Source of the DNA: a virus
Taxonomy: Duplodnaviria; Heunggongvirae; Uroviricota; Caudoviricetes
Length of the DNA: 25,822 nt
IMG/VR virus record: IMGVR_UViG_2585427774_000009
Location: 1-25,822 of that record
Reading direction: 5' to 3' (one strand)
In this document: piece by piece, positions 7,755 to 18,194 of the stretch
Layout of the letters: every line of letters begins with the position of its first letter
How positions within the stretch are numbered: position 1 is the first letter of the stretch
Program-made: the position numbers and the translations under genes
Notes under the pieces: generated by a model
The model's database searches: none
Told to the model about the DNA's origin: nothing
Seen by the model: only the letters and a program-made list of their open reading frames with translations

Positions 7755-8006
7755 ATGGCTAGAGATGATCCGCACTTTAACTTCCGTATGCCTATGGAAG
7801 TAAGGGAGAAATTAAAATTCAGGGCGGAGGCGAATGGGAGATCAATGAACTCCGAGTTGTTACAAATCGTCCAAGATGCTCTATCAAAACCATCGCCTGT
7901 GACTGGATATCGCGACGATGCAGAACGACTCGCTGATGAGCAGTCAGAGCTTGTTAAGAAGATGGTGTTTGATACGCTGAAGGATTTGTACAAAAAACCC
8001 ACCTGA
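7755..8006 (+). CDS. mnt: Mnt repressor (ribbon-helix-helix, maintenance of lysogeny)
   Basis: 83-aa ORF MARDDPHFNFRMPMEVREKLKFRAEANGRSMNSELLQIVQDALSKPSPVTGYRDDAERLADEQSELVKKMVFDTLKDLYKKPT, near-identical to P22 Mnt from memory; divergent from arc-ant. Confidence 0.9.
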   Translation: MARDDPHFNFRMPMEVREKLKFRAEANGRSMNSELLQIVQDALSKPSPVTGYRDDAERLADEQSELVKKMVFDTLKDLYKKPT

Positions 8007-8015
8007 CGGTGGGTT
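7992..8015. terminator. Hairpin terminator shared by convergent mnt (+) and the 355-aa gene (-)
   Basis: AAAAAA-CCCACC-TGAC-GGTGGG-TT; the minus-strand transcript would end in a U-run (plus-strand A-run 7992-7997); overlaps the mnt stop codon. Confidence 0.55.
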
Positions 8016-8019
8016 ACTG

Positions 8020-9027
8020 TTACTTGTCTGAATCATCCAGTTCGTCTGTTTTCACATCCTCAAACCTTGGATGCAGGCGATTCATTTTTGCAATAAAATC
8101 TGAATAGTCGTTAGATAGCTTCATAATCGTAACGGTTGATGACAGATGCTCTCTTAATTTTTGATATCCAATATTTGGCGTCAGCCCCTGAAACAACTTT
8201 GTACCTTTTGAGGCCTTTACGTTCTGCTTTTTAAGCTCCTCAAGGATGTTTGGTGCCAATCTCTTGTAGACGATATCATTTGTCAAAACGCCAAAATACT
8301 GAGGCCGGAAGCGGGGATTTTCCGGCGGGTATTCTAAGCCCCTTAACCTGAAAAGCTCTTCATAATAATCAGCAGGAAATGTTGTAATATAAGGTTGAAT
8401 TTCCTTTGCGACAAAGGCCTCGAGTATTTTGGCGAGTGCATCTTTTTCTCTATCTCGCTGGTAACCCGTCGCTTCATCAACAAGCGCTATTATTCCGACT
8501 TTAGCTAATGAGCGCACCAGAATTTCAGCTTTCTTGGCTGTCTCTAACTGGTTTGGCCTGGTGATAGCGCCTGCCTCTCTTGCCTTTAAATAAACATCGC
8601 AGACAAGAGGTATTATGGATGCGTCATAACCTTCCTGGACGGAGCCAGTAATCGTCTTGTATTTGACCTTATTGATCACATCCATAACATCTTGATTTAT
8701 ATATTTTTTAAGGTTTGCAGCATCCATAAAAGCGGGCATATTGATCACCCCCTCTTCTTGAGGTGCTCTACCCCCTCTTTGTGGTCGGCCAAATGCTTTA
8801 AAAACAGAAGCTTGTGATATGATACGCCGTCCATTTTCGAGAACCGCGACATCTAATTCCGCATCACCGATCTTTAACTTTCCCTCATTCGCAGATACGG
8901 GCAATAAAGCTTTTTCTTTTTTTGCGGCAACAGCCTTTCTTGAGGATTCTTTTCTTTGCTCTGCTGTCATTTTTGCCGCGCGTGCCTTACCGCCTTTGGC
9001 CTTCCCACTAACATCATCATTTTTCAT
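8020..9027 (-). CDS. Hypothetical protein with basic Lys/Ala-rich N-terminus and a C-terminal region resembling the P63C-type phage domain
   Basis: ORF track gives 8020..9087 (355 aa); the likely start is the ATG at 9027 or 9033 (MKNDDVSGKAKGGKARAAK...). The IALVDEATGYQRDREKDALAKILEAF segment resembles my recollection of P63C-domain proteins; unverified. Occupies the position where P22 carries sieA-region genes, between gp16 and mnt. Confidence 0.6.
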   Translation of the reverse strand: MKNDDVSGKAKGGKARAAKMTAEQRKESSRKAVAAKKEKALLPVSANEGKLKIGDAELDVAVLENGRRIISQASVFKAFGRPQRGGRAPQEEGVINMPAFMDAANLKKYINQDVMDVINKVKYKTITGSVQEGYDASIIPLVCDVYLKAREAGAITRPNQLETAKKAEILVRSLAKVGIIALVDEATGYQRDREKDALAKILEAFVAKEIQPYITTFPADYYEELFRLRGLEYPPENPRFRPQYFGVLTNDIVYKRLAPNILEELKKQNVKASKGTKLFQGLTPNIGYQKLREHLSSTVTIMKLSNDYSDFIAKMNRLHPRFEDVKTDELDDSDK

Positions 9028-9069
9028 GAGCATATCTCGTGTTGTGATTGATAAGTCAATCATACACAT

Positions 9070-9104
9070 GCACGTTGTAACGTGCAATATTTAAATATGC
9101 ACGT
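9070..9104. promoter_or_regulatory. Cluster of palindromic operator-like sites in a divergent promoter region
   Basis: GCACGTT-GT-AACGTGC inverted repeat (9070-9085), perfect 12-bp palindrome ATATTTAAATAT (9087-9098) and a third GCACGT copy (9099-9104); lies between the minus-strand 355-aa gene and the plus-strand 129-aa gene. Confidence 0.35.
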
Positions 9105-9186
9105 AAATTGCAAATCAGATAATGAGGAGACTTTCTCCCCCTTGCACTGACATCATGGTATCCTGCGCAAAACTAAGGAGGTTGGT

Positions 9187-9576
9187 GTGAAGCAATTTCT
9201 TACTGCTATGTTCTTATTCATATCTTTTGGGGCTACAGCAGAGTGCTGGGTCGTTGGAGATATGCGCGGAATAAGCTATTCAGAACGAAATAATTTCCAT
9301 CCGGAAGAAGATGGTTTTAGTGGAACATTCATCATTAAGACAAACGGTGAAGATGCCAGCATCACATATTCTGGGACAGATGCGGGCGGCATGGCTTACA
9401 AAGCATTGTCTAAAAACTCCATCATAGGAATCGGCGCGAATGGCGAAACTCAACGCGTTATCGACTCATGGGTAATACATCCAACTGGAACAGTTTTAAT
9501 GTCAAAAACCATTTCCGGTTATGGAAATATGGATTCAACCAAAGCTTTTGTTGGAAAAGTAAAAAGAAAATGTTAG
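9187..9576 (+). CDS. Hypothetical secreted (signal-peptide) small protein, opposite-strand moron
   Basis: GTG start preceded by a strong AAGGAGG Shine-Dalgarno with 6-nt spacing; N-terminus MKQFLTAMFLFISFGATA-E is a typical Sec signal peptide with an A-x-A cleavage site; transcribed against the late operon. Confidence 0.6.
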   Translation: MKQFLTAMFLFISFGATAECWVVGDMRGISYSERNNFHPEEDGFSGTFIIKTNGEDASITYSGTDAGGMAYKALSKNSIIGIGANGETQRVIDSWVIHPTGTVLMSKTISGYGNMDSTKAFVGKVKRKC

Positions 9577-9600
9577 CGATTGAATCCAATTTCCCATACG

Positions 9601-11442
9601 TTACTGCTGTGTTGCCTCAGTAGCAAACAGCGGTCTGATGGCATTCGCAGCGTTATTTATCGCTCTTTCATAGGCTGGTGTTCCTGCTTTGGTGTTTGCC
9701 AAACGAAGAAGCATATTCCTTGCTGCTTTGGACTCATACAAGCGCATCATTGCACCAAAACCAGCCTCAAGCCCCATTGATACGCCAAGGGTCGCAGTTG
9801 CGCCAATCGTCCTTATCCTGTTGGCTTGCGATTGCCCCGTCTGAGTTACTACATTTGCGGTGTCTGACCTTGCTGTTTGCTGTAGAACTTCATGAAGAGC
9901 ATCAAGCTCTTTCATGTGCTTTCCAGAAAAAATAGTGTTGTAAATTTCACCGCCTGACTGAGATTTCAGCTTATTAACTTCAGTGATGAACTTGGCTGGA
10001 GAGTCCCCGGCCTTTTCCGCTATTTTGCTGACGTAAGCTGCACGCATAGCATCTTTCCCCTTATCATCCAGTGCGCTCCAGATTCGTTTCACGTCAGATG
10101 GTTTTCTGCTTAATACAACGGTATTTATAAGTTCAGGACTGGCTTCACTGCTTGCCTTGTTGAGCTTGTTGGCAATGTTTTTATTAAGCACCTTATTATA
10201 AACGTTTGCATAATCGGAATTTGCTTTAAGGTATTTTGCTGCGTCTGATGCACCGAGGTTTTTAGCAACTGCGTTACGAAGGTCTTTTGACATTGCATTC
10301 TCTACCATATTGGTAGCTGCTTTTGCCTGGTTGGGGAAGACCATAGCATCTCCCTGAACATTAGATCTAAATGCTGTTCTGTGCTGACGCAAGAGATCAA
10401 ACGTAACATCCAAATCAGTTGCAGGGTTTGCTAATTCTTCACGTAGGTTACGCAAGGATGTAAGCAGGCTTTGATTGGCAGACGTCCCAAGCCGTTCCTG
10501 TCTTGCGATCGCTGTATTCAGAGCATTCATGGTATTTGTGGTATCAACTGCGGCATTACCCATTTTATTGGTGACGTCATTGATAACAGCGCCAGCGGCA
10601 TCCTTCCGCCCCCTTAACGTGGTGGTAAGAGATTTCACCACATCATCAGGGTTGTACTCACCAAAACGGTCAAAATAATTGCTTACCAGTTTACTACGCG
10701 TTGCATATTGCTCCGCTCGCTTTGAGCCTGTCCCGAGCAAAGCACCCTCGGCATCCTGAGTAAGGCCACGAGTGAAAGCATTTTTCGGCGGGATAACATC
10801 AGATGTCATTGGTGTCACGCCCATCGATTCTGATGTGGCAATTTTCTTCGCCACTTCTGGCGCAATATCACCTTTTATAGCCGTTATTCCACGCCCTATT
10901 CCCTTTGCTGCTGCGGAAAGAACACCCTGAGCGGCAAGGTTAACTCCGGCATTTTTAGCTGCATTTTGTGCGAAATCGCCTTTCTGATTTGCGGCCTCTG
11001 CCAGTGATCCAATAGCCATGCTTCCTGCCGTTCCAACTCCTGGAACTAAATACCCGCCAATTGTTTCTCCAGCTTGCGCATAAGGGTCTGTCGGTCGATC
11101 GACTGGACGATAGACATCATCCAATACTTTTGGCCCACCAAGCCCCTGACTGATTGCATTAATCAGACTTGCGCCACCCTGCAATACGTCAAATGGTATG
11201 TTTACCAGACCACGACCAGCCTGTTCTGAAATTTGCCCTGCACTTTGACCACCAGTGAGCCAATCGCCAGCTTGTTGCATTAATGATGGTTCTTCCCGTG
11301 TTGGTGCATTATTGGCCTGATTAACTGTTTGTTGCTGAACAGCCTGACCAGCAAAATACTCATCAATGGCGGTGCCAATATCTTCGGTGCTCGTACCATC
11401 AGGAAAGGTAAATGTCTTACCGTTTGCAGTTACTTTCATCAT
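9601..11442 (-). CDS. Ejection (internal/pilot) protein, P22 gp16-like
   Basis: 613-aa ORF in the P22 gene-16 position and of matching size (P22 gp16 about 609 aa); Ala/Gly/Gln-rich; start overlaps the upstream gene stop. Confidence 0.8.
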   Translation of the reverse strand: MMKVTANGKTFTFPDGTSTEDIGTAIDEYFAGQAVQQQTVNQANNAPTREEPSLMQQAGDWLTGGQSAGQISEQAGRGLVNIPFDVLQGGASLINAISQGLGGPKVLDDVYRPVDRPTDPYAQAGETIGGYLVPGVGTAGSMAIGSLAEAANQKGDFAQNAAKNAGVNLAAQGVLSAAAKGIGRGITAIKGDIAPEVAKKIATSESMGVTPMTSDVIPPKNAFTRGLTQDAEGALLGTGSKRAEQYATRSKLVSNYFDRFGEYNPDDVVKSLTTTLRGRKDAAGAVINDVTNKMGNAAVDTTNTMNALNTAIARQERLGTSANQSLLTSLRNLREELANPATDLDVTFDLLRQHRTAFRSNVQGDAMVFPNQAKAATNMVENAMSKDLRNAVAKNLGASDAAKYLKANSDYANVYNKVLNKNIANKLNKASSEASPELINTVVLSRKPSDVKRIWSALDDKGKDAMRAAYVSKIAEKAGDSPAKFITEVNKLKSQSGGEIYNTIFSGKHMKELDALHEVLQQTARSDTANVVTQTGQSQANRIRTIGATATLGVSMGLEAGFGAMMRLYESKAARNMLLRLANTKAGTPAYERAINNAANAIRPLFATEATQQ

Positions 11443-12854
11443 TCCACCGTAAATTGAATGCCTGATTTTGATGTATATGATCCAACCTGATTCCGTGGTT
11501 CTCCTGAAGGTGTCGAATCTTGTGCTGGCGCTGCGTCAGTATTCATTGACATATACCGCTTAACGGCACTCCCCAATGATTCACCTTTTTTAACATCCAA
11601 CCCCAATATCTGACCGCCATTACGCGATTGTCCAGGATTGCCATTCGCGCTCATCCACTCAGCTTTAAACTCATTAAACTGCGCGTTTCGTCGCTCAAGG
11701 TTTGCCATTGCATCAAGCCATCTTGCGACCGTCTCAGGGTTATCCATGTCAGTTGGCGCACCCTGCCGAACGATCTCAACGTCTTTATCCGTTGCTGGGC
11801 CGGGAGGTAGGAATTTAAGGACCTGACTGTTAACAAGGGCATTTTGGCGAATGCGCAAATCACGCAATGTTGTATCGCTTCCGGTAAGTTTTGCGAACAT
11901 GTTCTGTGCGTTACCGAACAAACCTGTCGTTGGTTTTTCTGCTCTGAACTGTTGAGCAAGCGCACTCATAGAATTGGCTGAGTTTGATGATGCTGTAGCA
12001 TTGTTTACAGCCGTCTCGATGCCTTTTTCCATGTTTACTGACAGCTTAGGTGCTTCGCTAATCAACTGCTGAGCCTTTTCCTGCGCTTGCTGCATCTTAA
12101 ACCCGAACTCTTGCTGATCCAGAGCCAAGCGTTGTGCTGCGATATTGTGCCCAGTCATTGCTGACTGATAGGAAAGGTTTTGCCCTCTCGCCTGAAGTGC
12201 CTCGCCAGCCTGATTGCTGCGGATTGTCTCTGCCAGCCTGCCTCGGTCAATTTCACGACCAGCCATCTTATCCTGAACAGCAAACGCCTTTTCTGGTCCA
12301 AGCGCACCGAGAGACATAGTAGTCAGCATGTGTGATAGCTGCTCTGGATTCTGAATACCTGTCTGAATCATCCAGTCAGCATTCGCACCCACACGATTTA
12401 ACCTGTCCTTGTTGTCAGTAATGAATTTACTGTAGGCTTCCGGTCCCTGAGAAAGAGCGACGTTAGCCCTCATGGCTAAATCGCCCATATCATTGCGTTG
12501 CTGATCATTAAGACCGGAAAACGCCTGTTGTGCCTGTGCAACAAACGCTGGATTTTCCTGGGCAAACTTAAATAGTCCCGATGGATCACCAGAAGCCCAT
12601 GCATCAGCGTGAACCTTATTGAACGCACTAATAGCTTTCTGTTGCTGTTCCTGATTGTAAATATCAGCAACTCCAGCCAGACCACGTAACGCGGTCAGAC
12701 CAACGTTATTTGCACCTGAGCGAGCCAGTTCATTGTTTTCGCGGATCAGACCAAGCGTTGCGTTAATGTCGCTTGCCTTTGGCGCATTCTCATTTTGCGT
12801 ACCGATGCCAGCCAGAAAACCACCAGAATTAATACCCTGCTGCCACGTAGCCAT
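11439..12854 (-). CDS. Ejection protein, P22 gp20-like
   Basis: 471-aa ORF matching P22 gp20 in size and position; 4-bp overlap with the gp16-like gene. Confidence 0.8.
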   Translation of the reverse strand: MATWQQGINSGGFLAGIGTQNENAPKASDINATLGLIRENNELARSGANNVGLTALRGLAGVADIYNQEQQQKAISAFNKVHADAWASGDPSGLFKFAQENPAFVAQAQQAFSGLNDQQRNDMGDLAMRANVALSQGPEAYSKFITDNKDRLNRVGANADWMIQTGIQNPEQLSHMLTTMSLGALGPEKAFAVQDKMAGREIDRGRLAETIRSNQAGEALQARGQNLSYQSAMTGHNIAAQRLALDQQEFGFKMQQAQEKAQQLISEAPKLSVNMEKGIETAVNNATASSNSANSMSALAQQFRAEKPTTGLFGNAQNMFAKLTGSDTTLRDLRIRQNALVNSQVLKFLPPGPATDKDVEIVRQGAPTDMDNPETVARWLDAMANLERRNAQFNEFKAEWMSANGNPGQSRNGGQILGLDVKKGESLGSAVKRYMSMNTDAAPAQDSTPSGEPRNQVGSYTSKSGIQFTVE

Positions 12855-12864
12855 TGATTACCCC

Positions 12865-13569
12865 TTAATAAAGTAGTGAACCAAGCAGACCGATACCAGC
12901 ACCGATACCAGCACCCCACGGAGTTGATGAACCAATTAATTTCGCAAGTCCAGCCCCAGCAATGGCACCAGACGCACCTCCGCCAATAGCAGATTGCATT
13001 GCTGATGGTCTGTTGGCGTTTGCCGCTGCAAGAGCCGCGCTTTGCTGTGAAATCTGACTCATGTTGTTGGCATATGTTTGCCCGGCATTTGCCTGCCCCT
13101 GAAGCGCACCAAGACCAATATTTGCCAGATTCTGGTAGTTGTTCATCTGACCAGATAGCCATTGCTGACCAAGCGTTGGTGCGATTGTTGCTAACTGATT
13201 ACTGGTTGCGGTGGAACCCAATACACCTGTTGCTTCCGCTGCCGCCAGACTCTGATAGCGAGCCTGACCAGCAAGATCTTTGTACTGCTGAGAGTTGTAA
13301 TACTGGTTAAGTGCCTGACCTTGCCCTTCCAGAGACGATAAGTTCTCGAGGCTGCCGACATACTTCTCAGCCAGAGGAGTAAACGGCTTCAGGTTGTTCA
13401 TGATGGTGTTGAACTGCTGATTTTGCAGGTCTGCGGCATACTTCTGGGCTTCTGCTGCATACTTTGCGCTTTTATCAGAGCTGCCACTTTTCCCGCCTTT
13501 CCCGCCTTTTTCAGGGCAATAAGGTTCCTCGCCGCGCAGTTTTCTGCCCAGCTTAAATGCATATAACAT
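12865..13569 (-). CDS. Ejection protein, P22 gp7-like
   Basis: 234-aa ORF; N-terminus MLYAF.LGRKLRGEEP and Gly/Lys-rich stretch as in P22 gp7; C-terminal hydrophobic Gly/Ala-rich tail; syntenic position. Confidence 0.8.
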   Translation of the reverse strand: MLYAFKLGRKLRGEEPYCPEKGGKGGKSGSSDKSAKYAAEAQKYAADLQNQQFNTIMNNLKPFTPLAEKYVGSLENLSSLEGQGQALNQYYNSQQYKDLAGQARYQSLAAAEATGVLGSTATSNQLATIAPTLGQQWLSGQMNNYQNLANIGLGALQGQANAGQTYANNMSQISQQSAALAAANANRPSAMQSAIGGGASGAIAGAGLAKLIGSSTPWGAGIGAGIGLLGSLLY

Positions 13570-13571
13570 GG

Positions 13572-14027
13572 CTATCTCCCGTGATTCAGGAAGTCGATTA
13601 GTTCTTCGCGTGTAGCACTGTAAAATGTCACGTCATCCACGCCTTTGAAGTATTTCTTGATGGTTCCTACACGATTAAGGCCAATCATTGCGCAGTACAT
13701 CTGCCCGTGGCGGAATTTGCGCGCAGCGAACGATGTGACACACTGAACAGTGGTGTTAGTCAGAATGTATCGCCAGAACTCCAGTCCGATTTCCTTGCTG
13801 AATCCACGAACCTCTGGCAGGTACATGGCGTGGCAATCGAATGTAAGCGGCTGAATCTCCTGATAGTAAACAATGCCGCCGAACTGCCCGTGCACGTTCA
13901 CCTCAAAGTAACGGCATTCAGGCTTGTAGTCGTATCCATCACCGTTGTTGCTACCGGCGATAATGTCGGGGTGATTTCCCACGGCTTCTATCAGGTCGAT
14001 GTTTCGCGTTGGTTTGAATGTAATCAT
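13572..14027 (-). CDS. Virion/tail-associated protein, P22 gp14-like
   Basis: 151-aa ORF in the gp14 position between the tail needle and gp7; assignment by synteny and partial resemblance; shorter than P22 gp14 (about 170 aa). Confidence 0.65.
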   Translation of the reverse strand: MITFKPTRNIDLIEAVGNHPDIIAGSNNGDGYDYKPECRYFEVNVHGQFGGIVYYQEIQPLTFDCHAMYLPEVRGFSKEIGLEFWRYILTNTTVQCVTSFAARKFRHGQMYCAMIGLNRVGTIKKYFKGVDDVTFYSATREELIDFLNHGR

Positions 14028-14728
14028 CAGTCAATCAGCCCATGTAATCTAAGTGCCGTTTCAAGCGCCAGAATACGCTGCCGCGCCTGCTGCAAACCTG
14101 TAGCGAGAGCTGCGACTTCGGATTGCGTGTACGTAGTGCCGACAGTGTATGACTGGTTTGCGTTGAATGAGCCAAGAAGTGGCGTACCTGTGGCTGCAGT
14201 CCATCCAGTCTGCCTTGCTCCAACTACCTGAATTCCATCAACTGAATATGATGTTTTTACATCCAGCGGTGACGCAAGAGACTGAGATTCGGTTACGGTT
14301 TTCGATACGTAATCACTCTTAATGTCAGATACATCGCTTTCTATGCCATCCAGTCTTTGGTCAACAGTGACCAGATGCGCCTGAATAGCGATAACCTCAT
14401 CCAGCAAGTAATCAACATCGCTACGCAGTACGACTATCTTCCCTTCGGCGGTTGTTAACCTGACCTCAAGGAGATTTATCGCTTTTGTGTTTGCGGTGAT
14501 TCTTGCGTCATGATCTGCCAGTTCGACGTCCTGTTCATCGTTTTTTACCTGAGCATCGTAAGCGCCCTGACCAGCCTGATTTGCCTTCCCGGCAATTGCG
14601 CCAACATCAGCACCCTGATTTATGACATACAGCAGGTAAGACTGGCTGAATATATTGCGTGGCAAAATTGAAGCATCAAGGCGCGTAGCCTGAACCGCGA
14701 CAGGATTATTCAGTGATGAATCAACCAT
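14027..14728 (-). CDS. Tail needle protein, P22 gp26-like
   Basis: 233-aa ORF, same length as P22 gp26; predicted long helical region; syntenic between gp10 and gp14; overlapping start/stop with neighbours. Confidence 0.85.
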   Translation of the reverse strand: MVDSSLNNPVAVQATRLDASILPRNIFSQSYLLYVINQGADVGAIAGKANQAGQGAYDAQVKNDEQDVELADHDARITANTKAINLLEVRLTTAEGKIVVLRSDVDYLLDEVIAIQAHLVTVDQRLDGIESDVSDIKSDYVSKTVTESQSLASPLDVKTSYSVDGIQVVGARQTGWTAATGTPLLGSFNANQSYTVGTTYTQSEVAALATGLQQARQRILALETALRLHGLID

Positions 14729-16146
14729 TACTCAATCCTTATCTGGCAACCAGATAGAGTGACAGGTGACTTCGTGATAACGCGCAATTTGAAGCCGACA
14801 TTTTTCCTGATGCGCCCTACTCGCTTCCACAAAACACGTTTGTCGTAAACGAACGGTTCATTCTGCTCAATCATCTGCTCACGCCCGTAATTGATGCCGT
14901 CAGTTGTAGCAGAGAGGAACAGGCGGTCAGCGTACTGCGCAACGCCAGTTGACGATTCAACCTCAAGGTCGAACACTCTGGCGTTATCCGCTTTGAACAA
15001 CGGAGTAAACAGCAGGTGTTCCTGTTGAAGACCATACTGACTGCTGATATCGAACTGCAATTTCCCGGTCACCGATTCCAGCTTATCTCCGCACGTTATC
15101 TGATTGCCTTCGTAAATGAAGTCGATAGCGCGGTAAACATCGTCATACAGGCCTGTTTTCAGCACACACCATTGCGGACCATTGGCGCTTGAAGATGCGT
15201 CGTACACGAGAACATGGCGCGGAAGATGGATAATCAGCAACTCATGCGCATCAAACCGCAGCGATTCCATCACGCCATCAGCCAGTTCATCAGCAGTGTA
15301 GGAGCGTAGTATTTTCTCAATGCTCGCGCTGGCGATTGGTGATACCTGACCGGAACCGATGATGTATACAGACGGCGCACCCGTTGCCGGATTGCTGATG
15401 AACGCATAAGAATCAGCGAATGGCGTTTTGCAGTAAGTCCCGGCAATGCCTTTCTGCACCATCAGTGATGGCTGTGCGACATACAAAGCAGCACCAACGG
15501 TGGTTGCGCCAGTCAGGGAGAAATATTCAATCGTCGATGAACCAAAGCAGACGATGAAGTCTCGCCATGTCCCGATACCGATGATGCCGTCCGGCTGAGA
15601 CTCGGCACGATATTGTGCGCTGTAACGGTCAGGATGCGATTCGTCTTCAAGATCAGTGATAAACCATGAATCAGTGCCGTCTTTTGACCACGCATAACGC
15701 CCGCGCAAGCGCGTAATGTCGCGAACCGAACCTAACTCATACTGCGTAAATCCACTGTCTGTAGGCCAGTTTGAGATGGTTTTAACCGTGCCATCATAGC
15801 GATACTCGACCAGTTGACCATTAACTCCTACCGCCTGAGATGTACGACCATGCGCCATTGATACACGACCACTTCCGGCGACGTCACCGACTTCGCTTTC
15901 GCCTTTGTACAGCTTGCCACCACACACGCGATAAACAGCACTCTGCGCCATGTTGTACTCGACGCCGCGAGATACACCGTTCACATCAGATCGTTTGGCA
16001 ATGCCCGGGAATGAGCGAAGATATCCGCTGCTGTTCAGGATTTCTTTGGGTGTAGCCAACATATTCACTGGCAGATAGTCGATATAGTCAGCGTTTCGAA
16101 AGTCTTTGCCGACACCTTTCATAAGCGGAAGTTGCTGAATCGGCAT
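14728..16146 (-). CDS. Tail accessory (portal-plug) protein, P22 gp10-like
   Basis: 472-aa ORF, identical in length to P22 gp10; syntenic; overlapping stop/start junctions typical of the late operon. Confidence 0.85.
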   Translation of the reverse strand: MPIQQLPLMKGVGKDFRNADYIDYLPVNMLATPKEILNSSGYLRSFPGIAKRSDVNGVSRGVEYNMAQSAVYRVCGGKLYKGESEVGDVAGSGRVSMAHGRTSQAVGVNGQLVEYRYDGTVKTISNWPTDSGFTQYELGSVRDITRLRGRYAWSKDGTDSWFITDLEDESHPDRYSAQYRAESQPDGIIGIGTWRDFIVCFGSSTIEYFSLTGATTVGAALYVAQPSLMVQKGIAGTYCKTPFADSYAFISNPATGAPSVYIIGSGQVSPIASASIEKILRSYTADELADGVMESLRFDAHELLIIHLPRHVLVYDASSSANGPQWCVLKTGLYDDVYRAIDFIYEGNQITCGDKLESVTGKLQFDISSQYGLQQEHLLFTPLFKADNARVFDLEVESSTGVAQYADRLFLSATTDGINYGREQMIEQNEPFVYDKRVLWKRVGRIRKNVGFKLRVITKSPVTLSGCQIRIE

Positions 16147-16646
16147 TATTCGCTCCCGTTATCGCAAGGTTCCTTTCGGTGGAAGTAATTCCAACCGTTC
16201 CACTTCGCCAACTGGTTACCGCTACCAACAGGCATACGGTTTGGATAACCGGACTTACATTTAGCGGCTTTTGCTCTGTCCATTGCAGACAGTTTGACGA
16301 GTCGCTCTTTCCCGTATCTGGCAGTGGTTATAAGTTTTGCTGACGCTTCCAGCGCATAATCCGGAGCAATGCGGCAGGCAAGGTTGAAAATGACGGCATT
16401 GATAGCGTTATTTGATAAACCGTGCTCATCTCCCGGATCCGGAGCGACATCTGCATCAGCGAAAATGTAGCCAACGTTGATACCTGGTGACGAATCACCG
16501 CCAAGCCATTCAGCCATCATCATTTCAAGGTCGTTGACGCCGTCTTCCATAGACTGCGGTTCGACATCGGTTAACGTGGCATTTGATGCCACACCGAGCT
16601 TACGTAATGCCGCAAGAACTAAATCACCCTTCGTTGTCAGGTTCAT
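16146..16646 (-). CDS. Tail accessory protein, P22 gp4-like
   Basis: Track ORF is 189 aa; the internal start [33 protein letters not shown] gives 166 aa and matches the P22 gp4 N-terminus and length from memory. Confidence 0.8.
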   Translation of the reverse strand: MNLTTKGDLVLAALRKLGVASNATLTDVEPQSMEDGVNDLEMMMAEWLGGDSSPGINVGYIFADADVAPDPGDEHGLSNNAINAVIFNLACRIAPDYALEASAKLITTARYGKERLVKLSAMDRAKAAKCKSGYPNRMPVGSGNQLAKWNGWNYFHRKEPCDNGSE

Positions 16647-16854
16647 CTGCTGCCGCCTTAGGTTTTCGATCAGGCTTTTTACGCTGTTTTTCTTCTGGCT
16701 CCGGCTCTGCAACATCCTTCAGAAGGTCATCGGGATGTGAAAACCAACCAGCATCCAGATATTCCTGAAGCTCTTCGGCTTTCACGATTTCAAAGTCGTA
16801 GCCAACGCCTTTCCACTTCTTCATGTCGCCATGACGAAAGATCATGTGTGTCAT
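16624..16854 (-). CDS. Small hypothetical protein between the coat and gp4 genes
   Basis: Track ORF 16624..16902 (GTG start); the likely start is the ATG at 16854 ([16 protein letters not shown]...) with a GGAGA Shine-Dalgarno; acidic/Lys-rich C-terminus; Sf6-like phages carry a small gene at this position. Confidence 0.45.
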   Translation of the reverse strand: MTHMIFRHGDMKKWKGVGYDFEIVKAEELQEYLDAGWFSHPDDLLKDVAEPEPEEKQRKKPDRKPKAAADEPDNEG

Positions 16855-16865
16855 GCTTGTCTCCA

Positions 16866-16890
16866 GATAAAAAAGGGAGCCGAAGCTCCC
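16866..16890 (-). terminator. Rho-independent terminator/attenuator immediately after the coat gene
   Basis: Minus-strand RNA GGGAGC-UUCG-GCUCCC followed by UUUUUUAU (plus-strand 16868-16890); read directly; 9 bp downstream of the coat stop. Confidence 0.6.
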
Positions 16891-16898
16891 TCTGGTTA

Positions 16899-18194
16899 TC
16901 ACGCAGTCTGGTTAGGCAGACCAACACCAATTGCCTCTGGTCGTACAGCACATGCTGAATACCACACAGCAATACGGCACTTACCAGACAAAGTGTTGAT
17001 ATCACCCTGCGTTGCGAAGATGCCGTTAACACCAATACCAGGAATGCTGAAGGAAGACGTTTTCATGCCAGCAAACAGTTCATGGGTTACAGGGATCGGC
17101 TGAGACAGCAGGCGGATTGAGTCATCAGCCCAGAACACGTTAGCGGTGGTTGTTGCCACGTTCAGAACGTTTACCGGAGTGGTATCAGCAAGAGAGGTGT
17201 TTACGTTAGCGTAAGCCTTCTCTTCTTTTGTCAGTGACGCGTCATCCAGTGCAATCGGTTTCGGCGTGATTTCGATGTGAGTACCATCGATCACACGGGT
17301 GATTGAGAAAGTCGCATCATCAGTTAGCACGTTCTTCGCCATCTGAGACAGGAATTTCACACCAGTGAAACTGATTTTGTCGCCGCGTTTAAATCCGGTG
17401 GTGGAGGATACGGCCACCGTTGCAACACGGTTGTCGACGTTCTCTTTGTTACCATCGGTATCAAGGGCGTATGCCTGCGGCTTAAACTTCTGCGCACCAG
17501 AAACAGTTACACCAGTAGCGGTTGACTTGGTAACTGCCGGAAGTTTCGGTGAGCGAAGAATTTCATCAAAGCCAGCAATCTGACGCTGAATAGTACCGTT
17601 GCGATACGCTTCTTCAGGAACGCGCCCAAAGATGTCACCATCTACCAGGTTGCGGCCTGCTTTGCGGTAATCGTCAGGGTTCAGGAAGTAACTGATGCCC
17701 ATATCGCGGTTTAGCTCACGGGAGAACATCAGGCGCTCTGCGTCAGACACAAAATCCCAGCCAGACAGGCCAGTAGATGGACCAATTGCGCGGGTATCGT
17801 GAACAACAAGCGAGCCCATTTCAGTTGCCTGTTTGGCAATCGCTGACTCAATGTTATTCGCCAGTTTTTTGGCGGATGCCTGGATGCGGCGACGGTAAGA
17901 ACGCTCATCACGCAGGTCATCTGCACGAAGCTCGAAGAAATCGTTATCCGGATCGCCCATGTTGCATTTCACGGAGAGTTCCAGAATCCCGGTTGCGTTG
18001 CCAGTTAAATCCCAGCCAGTCTGGGTTGGCGCTTCCTGCTCAACAGGCATCCACACGGTGTTGCTTGAACGTTGCATGGATTCTGCCGGAGGGGTGTATT
18101 TTGTCACTTTGGACGCCATTGGCGTCAGGTTCTGGACGGTTTCGATGATTTCATCCAGAGCATACGTGACCAGTTGACCTTCATTTAATGCCAT
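16899..18194 (-). CDS. Major capsid (coat) protein, P22 gp5-like (HK97 fold)
   Basis: 431-aa ORF starting [16 protein letters not shown]..., matching the P22 coat protein in sequence and length (430 aa) from memory; follows the scaffold gene. Confidence 0.9.
   Translation of the reverse strand: MALNEGQLVTYALDEIIETVQNLTPMASKVTKYTPPAESMQRSSNTVWMPVEQEAPTQTGWDLTGNATGILELSVKCNMGDPDNDFFELRADDLRDERSYRRRIQASAKKLANNIESAIAKQATEMGSLVVHDTRAIGPSTGLSGWDFVSDAERLMFSRELNRDMGISYFLNPDDYRKAGRNLVDGDIFGRVPEEAYRNGTIQRQIAGFDEILRSPKLPAVTKSTATGVTVSGAQKFKPQAYALDTDGNKENVDNRVATVAVSSTTGFKRGDKISFTGVKFLSQMAKNVLTDDATFSITRVIDGTHIEITPKPIALDDASLTKEEKAYANVNTSLADTTPVNVLNVATTTANVFWADDSIRLLSQPIPVTHELFAGMKTSSFSIPGIGVNGIFATQGDINTLSGKCRIAVWYSACAVRPEAIGVGLPNQTA

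Noticed and set aside
12746-14231. ORFs 12746..13162 (-), 12999..13310 (+) and 13707..14231 (+) overlapping the gp7/gp14/gp26 genes
   Set aside because: Overlapping or antisense to syntenic structural genes; Cys/Trp-rich or low-complexity translations; no independent start signals.
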